A stretch of DNA of 64,000 nucleotides from Promethearchaeota archaeon Loki_b32. Its GTDB lineage: Archaea; Asgardarchaeota; Lokiarchaeia; Sigyniarchaeales; SOKP01. Below are positions 41,183 through 50,397 of this stretch, piece by piece; position 1 is the first letter of the stretch, and each line of letters begins with the position of its first letter. The DNA lies in NCBI GenBank assembly GCA_005223125.1, contig NJBH01000013.1, positions 1 to 64,000 on the forward strand, read 5' to 3'. A program made the translations under genes and the position numbers. The notes under the pieces are model-generated. The model was not told where the DNA came from and did no database searches. It was given only the letters and a program-made list of their open reading frames with translations.

Positions 41183-41866
41183 CTACGAATCTATTTCATC
41201 TGGTTCTACTGACACGTGAGAAAGTAACCAATCAAGTTGCTTTTCCCTTTTGTTGATATTAAGAACTGTGGGTAAGATCATGACCTCATCGGCTTTACCA
41301 GGCATAATTGTAAATTTACCGGCCCTTAACATGAAGAACTCAAAAACATCAGGAATTTCTTTTTTGAATCGTAAGCTTTTTACTGGGAATCGTTCAGCCG
41401 AGCTAAATATACCCTTTTTATGAATAATTTCGTTCCTTTCAATTTTGTAGTATTCGAATCTCGTGCTAATAATGACAATTCCGAGGATAAAAAGTAATAT
41501 TACCGTCATAACCATATAGAATTGCCATGTTAAAGTTAAATCTGTTTCCAATCCAGTAAGAGATAACGAGAAACGTGGTAAAACCATGAAAACAAGAATA
41601 AAAACGAGAACAACAATAGCTAAAATTAGTACAAAAAACATAGTTAAGGAGAAATCAAAAGCAGTTACGAATATATTTACAAAAAACACTATAAACCACA
41701 CATAACCTAACACAGTATATAGATCAGAATCAGGAACAAGATTAGTAAACGCTTGAATCAACCATAAAACAAAACTCGTGATGAGCAAGGGCCAAAAGAA
41801 AATCACTTTTGGATAAGATCTTATGAAGATCTCAGTAGGGTGTTTCGCAGGTTTTTTATCAGACAT
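41183..41866 (-). CDS. Membrane protein with C-terminal PH-like domain (paralog 1)
   Basis: Four TM helices, then YKIERNEIIHKKGIFS..ERFP...EIPD.FE...RAG. Confidence 0.75.
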   Translation of the reverse strand: MSDKKPAKHPTEIFIRSYPKVIFFWPLLITSFVLWLIQAFTNLVPDSDLYTVLGYVWFIVFFVNIFVTAFDFSLTMFFVLILAIVVLVFILVFMVLPRFSLSLTGLETDLTLTWQFYMVMTVILLFILGIVIISTRFEYYKIERNEIIHKKGIFSSAERFPVKSLRFKKEIPDVFEFFMLRAGKFTIMPGKADEVMILPTVLNINKREKQLDWLLSHVSVEPDEIDS

Positions 41867-42081
41867 ATTATATTTTCACTAAATTTTTTTTTTTTTAATT
41901 ATTTAATGAGGATTATAAAAATAATAGATAGGTGTGTTATTTAAATATTAGTATCTTTTAGAGTTTATTTAAAAGTCAATTGAACTGATTTTAATCTTTA
42001 TTCAATCTCCATTATATTCTAAAAAATTGTTTGAAAAATCATGATGCTTTCCATTAATACTCGCTGTTTTTTATGCTATTA

Positions 42082-42759
42082 TTAGCTTTCCATTATAACA
42101 TGCAAACTACTTAAGAGAAAATCGATACGTTCTACTTTTTTATTCACGTTAAGAACAGTATTTAAATGTACCACGGTCCCTTTAGCTAATATTAGAGTTA
42201 AAGATCCTGCCCTGAACATTAAATACTCAAATAAATCGGGAATCTCTTTTTTAATACGTAAACCTCTTACTGGAAATCGCTCAATCTGTGTAGAAAACAT
42301 TCCTTTTTTATGAATAACTTCGTTTCTCTCGATGCGATAATAATCAAATCTTGAAGTAAGAACAACCAAACCTAAGATTAAACCTAAAATTATTGTCATT
42401 ATCAAATAGAATTCAGCAGGTAATCCAAGGTTTATATTTTTACCAATAATTTCTGCCTCTTCTAAAGTGGGAAATAATCCAAGAAATATTAGAAGTAAAA
42501 CGACAATAAGAGTTCCTAAAATAATAATTAGGAATTTAGTAGAAGGGAAATCTAAGGCTGATACAAAAAAATTTGAGAAAAATATAATCAACCAAATTAC
42601 TCCTAACCATGGATTTAGTTCTGGTAAAAATACCTGAATTATCCAAAAAATTATCGAGATTGCGAATAAAGGTGTAAAAAATATCCCTTTTGGAAAAGAT
42701 CTTAATACAATATCATCCTTTTCTAAGTAAGTGTTCTTACTTTCTTCTTGTTCTCCCAT
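42082..42759 (-). CDS. Membrane protein with C-terminal PH-like domain (paralog 2)
   Basis: Same motifs as 41183-41866; ATG at 42759 (MGEQEES) preferred. Confidence 0.75.
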   Translation of the reverse strand: MGEQEESKNTYLEKDDIVLRSFPKGIFFTPLFAISIIFWIIQVFLPELNPWLGVIWLIIFFSNFFVSALDFPSTKFLIIILGTLIVVLLLIFLGLFPTLEEAEIIGKNINLGLPAEFYLIMTIILGLILGLVVLTSRFDYYRIERNEVIHKKGMFSTQIERFPVRGLRIKKEIPDLFEYLMFRAGSLTLILAKGTVVHLNTVLNVNKKVERIDFLLSSLHVIMES

Positions 42760-42901
42760 AATAATCAGAAGTTTAAATTTATATTCAATATTTAATAGAT
42801 TTCTCAAAGTTTTATATAATTCTCAAACTAAAAAGGATTACTATTAAAACATAATAAAGTAAGGAAGAAATTTTTCTTCTAATACTAATTTTTTAGAACT
42901 A

Positions 42902-43651
42902 TTAGTAAAAGGAAGTCATAGATTGAATCATTTTATAAGAAAAAGCTATTTGCGGATTACCATTATCGCTAATCCCCATATGGCCCGGAAGAAGATATTT
43001 TACATCTAAATTGTTCACATATTTAATAGAATTAATTAGGTCGCTTAATGAACCTCCAGGAAAATCATATCTTCCAAAACTGCCTCCAGTAAAAACTAAA
43101 TCTCCTGGGATTAATATTTTTTTGTTAGAATCGTAATAACAGATTGAGCCTAAGGAATGGCCTGGTGTATAATGGATTTGAAACGTAAATTCAGAAAATA
43201 CTTTAATCTCTTCAGAATTAGCGAGGTCAATCACACTTAAAGGGAAAATCTCAATTCCAAACATTTCAAGATTTATTCCTAGAATATCTGGGCAAATTTG
43301 AGATTTATTACCCGCTTTTAAGATGCTAGCCGTTTCACCATATGCATAAATTTCTGGAGGACCATCGTTTAATGTTTTTATTAATGGATATAAACCCAAA
43401 ACATGATCAACATGCTCATGAGTTAAAAATACTTTAGTGATATTGCGGTATTCAAGATTATATTTCTCCATGCCTTTGAATAAACCTTTAAGAGAAATAC
43501 CATTACCGGTATCAAATAGAGCAAGTTCTTCAGTTTTAGGATCTTTAATTACATATTGATTACAGTCTAACATTTGGTTTTCTGAAAAGTAATAAAGATT
43601 TTTTACAGCTTCTTTGCCCTTTTTCTCAGAATCCCCACTAGAAAAAAACAT
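42902..43651 (-). CDS. MBL-fold metallo-hydrolase
   Basis: THEHVDH, TPGHS, GD, PGH. Confidence 0.9.
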   Translation of the reverse strand: MFFSSGDSEKKGKEAVKNLYYFSENQMLDCNQYVIKDPKTEELALFDTGNGISLKGLFKGMEKYNLEYRNITKVFLTHEHVDHVLGLYPLIKTLNDGPPEIYAYGETASILKAGNKSQICPDILGINLEMFGIEIFPLSVIDLANSEEIKVFSEFTFQIHYTPGHSLGSICYYDSNKKILIPGDLVFTGGSFGRYDFPGGSLSDLINSIKYVNNLDVKYLLPGHMGISDNGNPQIAFSYKMIQSMTSFY

Positions 43652-43760
43652 GATGAATATTACAATTAAATTTATTTAAAAGATAAAATAAGCTTAACTT
43701 TAATGTTTTTCTTTTACAAACTATAAAACTAATAATAAACAAAAAATAAATTATAGTAAT

Positions 43761-44141
43761 ATGGAAAATCAACCCAATATTGAAGAATTAAAATCTAAAA
43801 TAAATTATGGAATAAAATTTTGGTTAGAATTTGAGGGTAAGAGTATATTGGGCTCTGGTTGGGCAGAATTATTAAAAAGCATTGAAAAAAACAAAGAAGG
43901 ATCATTAACTCAAGCAGCTAAAGAGTGTAATTATTCTTATAAATACGCATGGAATATTTTAAAAAGAATCGAGAAAAGAACGGGTAATCCTGTGGTAATT
44001 ACTGGCAAAGGAGGTCGCGGTGGGGGTGGTTGGGTAAGATTGAATAATTGGGGGAAATTCCTCTTAGATATCTATAGAGAATATCTAAACGAAATTAGAA
44101 AAATCGAAGAAAAACTTAAAGAAACCATAAAGATCGACTAA
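43761..44141 (+). CDS. ModE-type winged-helix regulator (N-terminal domain only)
   Basis: GSLTQAAKE..YSYKYAW..L, GGRGGGG wing. Confidence 0.85.
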   Translation: MENQPNIEELKSKINYGIKFWLEFEGKSILGSGWAELLKSIEKNKEGSLTQAAKECNYSYKYAWNILKRIEKRTGNPVVITGKGGRGGGGWVRLNNWGKFLLDIYREYLNEIRKIEEKLKETIKID

Positions 44142-44232
44142 TAAATATATTTTAATTTCAATATTGATTATTTTCAGTAAGGAAATTAGAAATTATGTTT
44201 TTTCGAAATTATTTTTAGATTAAGGTAATATC

Positions 44233-44661
44233 ATGGAAGACTGCTTAAAAGAATTGAGTGATATAAAAGTATCAAGCATGATGATTAAAGACCCCCTCTA
44301 TACATTTCCAAATGAAAAAATTAGTGCCACTGAACTTCTTATGATAAGGAAAAATATAGGTGGACTTCCTGTTGTGAAAGATCGTAAGAATAGATTATTA
44401 ATTGGTATTATAACTCAAAGAGATATACGTCTTGCTAGATTTGCTATGAGTCTTGATTCACCCAATACAACTGTTAAGGATTTAATGACTTTAGAACCCT
44501 TTGTTGTACGAAAAGATGACACTTTGAAGTATGTATTAGAGGTAATGTTTGGGAAAAAAATAGAACGACTACCTGTAGTGAATGAAAATAATGAACTTAT
44601 TGGTCTAGTTATGCAAAATGAGATTCTACAAAAACTTCTTGAATATATGAAGAAAGATTGA
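44233..44661 (+). CDS. CBS-pair protein
   Basis: IGGLPVV..LIGIITQRD and IERLPVV..LIGLV. Confidence 0.9.
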   Translation: MEDCLKELSDIKVSSMMIKDPLYTFPNEKISATELLMIRKNIGGLPVVKDRKNRLLIGIITQRDIRLARFAMSLDSPNTTVKDLMTLEPFVVRKDDTLKYVLEVMFGKKIERLPVVNENNELIGLVMQNEILQKLLEYMKKD

Positions 44662-44764
44662 AAATTTAATTAAAAGTAATAAATTTATAAAGTTTACAAA
44701 AAAATATTAATTTTAGATTATTAATAAGAAAAACAATATTAAAAAACTAAATTATTGATAGAAA

Positions 44765-46288
44765 ATGGCACTGCCTTTACCTGGAACACCAATTATAATT
44801 GATATTGGCTCAGCATATGTGAAGATTGGATTTGCCGGAGAACCAGGACCTAGATTTGTGTTTCCTTGTATAACAGGAACAGAAAAATATAAATCTGTGA
44901 TGGTTGACATAAGCGCTAGAAGTATTTACGTTGGAAACGACGTATCTCGCATGCGTGGAGTTCTTAAAATTAAACATCCTCTAAATCGTGGAGAAATCAT
45001 TGATTGGGACAGTTATTATGAGATCTTAAACTATATATTTTATTCATTACTTAGAATTGAAAATCTTTCACTTTATCCAGTATTCTATTGCGAACCTCCT
45101 TTTATGCATAGAGATACTAAAGAATTTATTGCCAGAGTTTTTTTTGAAACTCATCACGTCCGAAGTCTAGTAATGATGTCAACACCTTTACTTTCCCTAT
45201 TTAGTGTTGGATTGACATCAGGATTGGTAATTGAAAGCGGAGATGGCTTGTCATGGATTGTACCAATAATTAACGGTCAAATAGTTCACCATGCAGTCCA
45301 GAAAATTCCAATTGCAGGAATAGATGTTAATCAGAATTTAAAAGGTCTTTTAATGAGAGAAGGAGCAAGTATTTCTTCTAGTGCTGCGGATGAGATTATC
45401 CAAGATATTAAAGAAAAGAATTGTTATTTTGTATTGGATCCAAATAAACCACCAAGTACAGGAGAAATATTTAGTTTTCCAATGCCAGATGGATCAACCA
45501 TTAGTGTTCCAACTTACATTCTCTATCAAGCTCCAGAAGTATTATTTAATCCTGGCATGTTAGGTTATGGAAACGTTATGAATCTACCTCAAGCAGTACT
45601 TACTTGTTTGAGAGCCATTGATAATCACTATTGGCATGATCTTTTATCACATATTGTATTTTCGGGAGGGAATCTTTCATATAGTGGCTTTAAAGAACGT
45701 TTCGAATTTGAATTAGACCAGATTCTTCCTCAATTAGGTTCAATCCCTAAACCAGTCGCCCCTCTTTCTGCAGTTAAAAGTGAATTAATCAAGCTTCAAT
45801 CTGTTGAAATATCAAAGAAAAAAGAGGATACTTGCCCTCATTGTGGGACTAATGTTAATCTTGGTGATGGGAAAAAATTATGTCCCTCATGTGGGGGTGT
45901 ACTTGTTTTACCGGAGATAAAAATTGGAGCACTAGGCCAAAGCAGTCAAAGTAAACAAATTAAGGTAAAATGTCCACATTGTAAAAAGAAGGTCGCCGAT
46001 ACAGATTCACTTTTTTGTCCGTATTGTGGAAAACCCATAGAATCTTTAGAAGCAGCTGCTCTACCCAAAGCAGTAATAGAAAAATCACCCGCTCAAGAAT
46101 TTTCTGAATTCATGGAATCTGCTAGTAATGTTCTCAAATTTTTTATTCCTGACAATCTTCAATTTACTATTTTTAATGGAGCTGCCATTTTAGGGAGTTT
46201 GCCTAGCTTTCAGCAATTATTTATAACATCTGAACAATTTCAAACAAACAAGGATCTATTATACAGAGACATTAGTGAGATTCTTTAA
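44765..46288 (+). CDS. Actin-family protein with inserted double zinc ribbon
   Basis: IDIGSAYVKIGFAGE..PRFVFP, ESGDG, IKEKNCY, MPDG, APEVLFNP, FSGG, GAAILGSL.SFQQ; four CxxC pairs between 45833 and 46027. Confidence 0.93.
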   Translation: MALPLPGTPIIIDIGSAYVKIGFAGEPGPRFVFPCITGTEKYKSVMVDISARSIYVGNDVSRMRGVLKIKHPLNRGEIIDWDSYYEILNYIFYSLLRIENLSLYPVFYCEPPFMHRDTKEFIARVFFETHHVRSLVMMSTPLLSLFSVGLTSGLVIESGDGLSWIVPIINGQIVHHAVQKIPIAGIDVNQNLKGLLMREGASISSSAADEIIQDIKEKNCYFVLDPNKPPSTGEIFSFPMPDGSTISVPTYILYQAPEVLFNPGMLGYGNVMNLPQAVLTCLRAIDNHYWHDLLSHIVFSGGNLSYSGFKERFEFELDQILPQLGSIPKPVAPLSAVKSELIKLQSVEISKKKEDTCPHCGTNVNLGDGKKLCPSCGGVLVLPEIKIGALGQSSQSKQIKVKCPHCKKKVADTDSLFCPYCGKPIESLEAAALPKAVIEKSPAQEFSEFMESASNVLKFFIPDNLQFTIFNGAAILGSLPSFQQLFITSEQFQTNKDLLYRDISEIL

Positions 46289-46443
46289 ATAATAAAAAAA
46301 AACTTTTCCTTTTAATTGAATTTCATACTAGATTATAAAAAATTGAAAAATTACTTCATGTACTTTAGCCATATAGTTAATTTTTAATTTCAAGATAGAT
46401 TTAAGAAATTAAATTTTAAATTATCAGAATTAGGTATTTTTAT

Positions 46444-47541
46444 TTGAAGTACAGATATCGGAATTTAATTGTTGTAGTATTTTTGTTGTTAATAACAATA
46501 AATGCAATTCCGAGTGCGTTAGGAAAAAATAGACGGGCTTATTTAACTAGTTTTATATTAAATAATGAAATTATAGGGAACGGTTTTTCCAATGCTATTT
46601 ATAGCGACGATACCGTTTCTTTTGAAGCAACAGCTTATGCATTAGAAATTTTAGATGATTATGGAATTAATCCGCATGAAATTGAAGCTCTTCAAAATAA
46701 TCTAGAAAATAATGTAGACGAGATGTTTAATAATGATGAAGTAGTTCTATACGATTTATTTTTTTTAATGAAATCATTAAACATTTTACAGCATGAAGAT
46801 ATAGATTTAGAAAATAGAATTTATAAATATTTAAATGATACTGAACAGATAGGAGGTGGGTTCTCTTTCAAAAACTCCACGAGTTCAGCAAATTTAGCTT
46901 CTACATATTATGTTATTCAACTTTATTTATTGATTGATGAGCCAATTAATAATCTTACAGCTCATAAAAATTGGATTCTTTCATGCAATAATTCTGATGG
47001 GGGGTACGGAGGAAGTCAAGGTCTTTCCTCAACTTTAACCGATACTTTTTTTGTTGTTTCGCTTTTAGATGAATTATGGGGAATTGACGCTCTAGTTGAT
47101 ATGAACAAGACATTACATTATCTTAAATCATTTTATGTTGATGATTCAGCAGATCTTAATAGTTTTGGAGGATATTTACCTGATGAAATTGCACAATATG
47201 CATTATTAAGTAGTACTTTTTTTTGTGTTAAATCAATTTCACTAATTGATCCAGATCTTAGCGAATTAAATAGTGCTTCCACAATGGTTTGGGTATTAGC
47301 GCGCCAATATTTCGAAGATGGAGGATTTGCAGAGAACTCTGAAGGATATGAACAAAAAACATCTTCTGTCATCTCATCATATTATGGATTCGAAACTTTA
47401 AGAGTATTTAATGCCCTATCAAGTTTAGCAGGAGAAATTTGGATGGTGGAATTTAATTTTTGGATATTAGGGATAGTCTTAATGTCTATAGGAATTATTA
47501 TTGCTTTAATAGTATTTTTATGGCGAAAAAGAAGAATATAA
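46444..47541 (+). CDS. Secreted, C-terminally anchored prenyltransferase/squalene-cyclase-repeat (alpha/alpha barrel) protein
   Basis: Signal-like N-terminus; repeated DGG(F/Y) motifs followed by ST(Y/F); C-terminal TM helix plus WRKRRI. Confidence 0.75.
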   Translation: MKYRYRNLIVVVFLLLITINAIPSALGKNRRAYLTSFILNNEIIGNGFSNAIYSDDTVSFEATAYALEILDDYGINPHEIEALQNNLENNVDEMFNNDEVVLYDLFFLMKSLNILQHEDIDLENRIYKYLNDTEQIGGGFSFKNSTSSANLASTYYVIQLYLLIDEPINNLTAHKNWILSCNNSDGGYGGSQGLSSTLTDTFFVVSLLDELWGIDALVDMNKTLHYLKSFYVDDSADLNSFGGYLPDEIAQYALLSSTFFCVKSISLIDPDLSELNSASTMVWVLARQYFEDGGFAENSEGYEQKTSSVISSYYGFETLRVFNALSSLAGEIWMVEFNFWILGIVLMSIGIIIALIVFLWRKRRI

Positions 47542-47641
47542 AGATTTTCCTTTCTTAAATATGATTATAGTGAATTTCGTATTTCATATTAACAGTATTA
47601 CTAATATCTGTTTACATATCAAATAATTCATAAAAATTATC

Positions 47642-48505
47642 ATGAAAAGTAAAATATTAGATGGAAAAAGATTAGCAGATAAGTTAAATTCGGAGCTAAA
47701 GGAAAAAGTTAAGCAATATGTAGAAAAAACATGTATTAAACCAAAATTGGCAACAGTTCTCGTAGGAAAGGATCCTGCGTCAAAAATCTATGTTAATATT
47801 AAGAATAAAACGTGTCAAGAAGTAGGTATCGATTCAGTAATCATAGAATTAGATGAAAATATTTCAAAAGAAGGATTAAAGAATGAGATCAACAAACTTA
47901 ATAATGACTCTACTATCCATGGTATTTTACTCCAATTACCTCTACCTAAAAATTTAAGAGAGTATACTCCCGAGTTTTTAGAAGAAATTGTACCATTGAA
48001 AGATGCGGATGGTTTAAATCCATACAATCGTGGAAAACTTTTTGATTACAATGAAGAATTGGCTGCTTGTACTCCTAAAGGGATAATAAAATTGCTCGAA
48101 CATTATGATATTGAGCTTAAGGGGAAAGATGTAGTCATAATAAATCGTTCGAATTTAGTAGGGAAACCCTTGATCTTTATGTTGTTAAAAAGAAATGCAA
48201 CTGTTACTATTTGCCACACTTCTACAAGAGATATTGATGAATATATCCGGAAAGCAGATATCCTAATAGTTGCTGTTAGACAACCTAAATTCATAACTAA
48301 TGAGAAAATTAAGGAAAATGTAATTATTATTGATGTGAGTACAAATCGAGTTGAAGGAAAGTTATGTGGCGATGTAGATTTGGAAGACGTTTTGGAAAAA
48401 TGTCAAAAAATAACTCCCGTTCCTGGGGGAATAGGACCAATGACAGTTGCTATGCTCTGTGAGAATACATTTACGGCTTATAAGAAACAGTTAAATCTCT
48501 CTTAA
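47642..48505 (+). CDS. folD: Methylene-THF dehydrogenase/cyclohydrolase
   Basis: HGILLQLPLP, KDADG, CTPKG, RSNLVGKP, TPVPGGIGPMT. Confidence 0.95.
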   Translation: MKSKILDGKRLADKLNSELKEKVKQYVEKTCIKPKLATVLVGKDPASKIYVNIKNKTCQEVGIDSVIIELDENISKEGLKNEINKLNNDSTIHGILLQLPLPKNLREYTPEFLEEIVPLKDADGLNPYNRGKLFDYNEELAACTPKGIIKLLEHYDIELKGKDVVIINRSNLVGKPLIFMLLKRNATVTICHTSTRDIDEYIRKADILIVAVRQPKFITNEKIKENVIIIDVSTNRVEGKLCGDVDLEDVLEKCQKITPVPGGIGPMTVAMLCENTFTAYKKQLNLS

Positions 48506-48725
48506 TTTCTTTTTAGATTTTATCTTTTCATTAAAATACGATTAATAGAATAATGGTTATTAATCTAGAAAAAACATAATAATAATCTTTATTGTATTAA
48601 AAAACAATTAAAAATATATTGATAAAGGTTTAAAAAAAAATAGAAATAAAAACATTAATTACTACTATAAAACAAATACGAAGTAAATAAATATTTTAGA
48701 ATCAGTAAAAATATCCTTTTGAAAA

Positions 48726-49181
48726 ATGGCAATTTTAGAAGTTGGAATTAATCTTGGCATGAGAAACCTAGTTGAGATAAAATATTATATATCTTCGGAT
48801 AATGTTTTAGATCCAAACTTACGTGCTGGATTTCTAACTGCACTTGAAAGCTTTACAAGCGAAGTTTTTGGTGATGATATAAACGTTATCAGTCTTGCGA
48901 GTTTTAAATTAGTTTGTTATTGTGAGATGATAACATTACCAGATGATGATGTGAATAATAAACAACCATTACTTTCATATGCTATTATAGAAAAATCTAC
49001 AGACGCCTCAGTAGTGAAAGAACAATTGAATGAAATAATCTCTTATTTTCTCAATCGATACCCCTTGAATGATATTTTTTCAAAAAAACCTAAATATTTT
49101 AAACAGTTTGAAAATCGAATAGATGAATTATTAGGAGATTTAAAATTAAAAACTGAGGATAGATTTCGTTCTTTATTTTAA
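48726..49181 (+). CDS. Longin-like domain protein
   Basis: DPNLRAGFLTALESFTSEVFGDDI..ISL, LSYAI, FKQF..RIDEL. Confidence 0.7.
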   Translation: MAILEVGINLGMRNLVEIKYYISSDNVLDPNLRAGFLTALESFTSEVFGDDINVISLASFKLVCYCEMITLPDDDVNNKQPLLSYAIIEKSTDASVVKEQLNEIISYFLNRYPLNDIFSKKPKYFKQFENRIDELLGDLKLKTEDRFRSLF

Positions 49182-49203
49182 ATTAATAAAATAGTGTTTT
49201 GAT

Positions 49204-50397
49204 TTGAGTTCCAATTTACCCCCTCAAGCTAAAGCTAAATATCAAGAGTATCTAGATGCTGGAGCTTTAGAAGAAAGGATAAAAAAATTAGAAGAATTTC
49301 TATCCCTAGTACCTAAACATAAAGCAACAGAAAAAACTGTCGCTCTCAATAAATCACGCTTAGCGAAGATGAAGCGTGAATTAGAACATCGTAGGCAAAA
49401 ACAAAAAAGTATACAAAAAATAGTCAGCCCTTTTTCAATAAAGAAGGAAGGAATTCAAGTAATATTAATTAGTTGTTTCCAAACCCCCGGAGTTGGAAAA
49501 ACAGCACTTTTGAATTATCTTACTGGAGCAGCGGAAGATAAAATTGGAAAATTTACAGCTTTACCAGAAATAGGAATTTACCAATATCAAAAAATCCGTT
49601 TTCAAATAGTCGAGATGCCCTCTCTTATGGAAGGAGCGGCTGATGGAGTTGGAAATGGAAAAGAAATACTTTCACAACTTAGAGCTGCAGATTTATTATG
49701 CATTTGTATAGATTTATCTGGAAATATTGAAAAACAGATGAATTTATTACTCACTGAATTATCTAAAGCAGATATTCGAATAAACATTCAACCACCATCT
49801 CTTACAATTGAAAAAACTGGTGCAAATAAAATTCAAGTGTTATATATGACTAAAAAGGCAAAAGAGATTGAGAAACTAGGAGATTTATCAGAACAAATAA
49901 AAGATATTGTAAATGAAAATGGAATTCATAATGGGATTGTAAAAATTTATGGTAAGATAACTCTTGATGATGTTATAGATGTTCTAACTCCCTCTGTTGT
50001 GTATAAAAAAGTAATGATATTAGGAACTAAAGGAGATCTTTCTCATACTCAAGAGATTTTTGATAAATTAGAGAAGAAATATTCAGATAAATTTCCAATA
50101 ATTTTAGGTACAAGTTTCCAGAAAGAGACTTTTCCTAATGATTTTGGCGAGATTATCCTAAAATTCTTACAAAAAATTAGGATATATACCATGAGTGGCG
50201 GAATTGTTGCTGAACAGCCATTATTAATGGACAAGAATCCCTCTATCAAAGATGTGGCATTAAAAGTTCATAGGAGTTTTTATAATTCTTTCGAACATGC
50301 AATAATTATACGAGAAGGAGAACGTCAAAAACGCAAAAAAGTTGGCCTAAATTACATTTTGAAAGATAATGATATAGTAGAAATACACATTACCTAA
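49204..50397 (+). CDS. DRG/OBG-family GTPase-like protein with TGS domain, degenerate motifs
   Basis: NLPP, VPKHKATE, GVGKT, EMPS in place of DxxG, TKGD, VH..F, LKDNDIVEI. Confidence 0.85.
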   Translation: MSSNLPPQAKAKYQEYLDAGALEERIKKLEEFLSLVPKHKATEKTVALNKSRLAKMKRELEHRRQKQKSIQKIVSPFSIKKEGIQVILISCFQTPGVGKTALLNYLTGAAEDKIGKFTALPEIGIYQYQKIRFQIVEMPSLMEGAADGVGNGKEILSQLRAADLLCICIDLSGNIEKQMNLLLTELSKADIRINIQPPSLTIEKTGANKIQVLYMTKKAKEIEKLGDLSEQIKDIVNENGIHNGIVKIYGKITLDDVIDVLTPSVVYKKVMILGTKGDLSHTQEIFDKLEKKYSDKFPIILGTSFQKETFPNDFGEIILKFLQKIRIYTMSGGIVAEQPLLMDKNPSIKDVALKVHRSFYNSFEHAIIIREGERQKRKKVGLNYILKDNDIVEIHIT

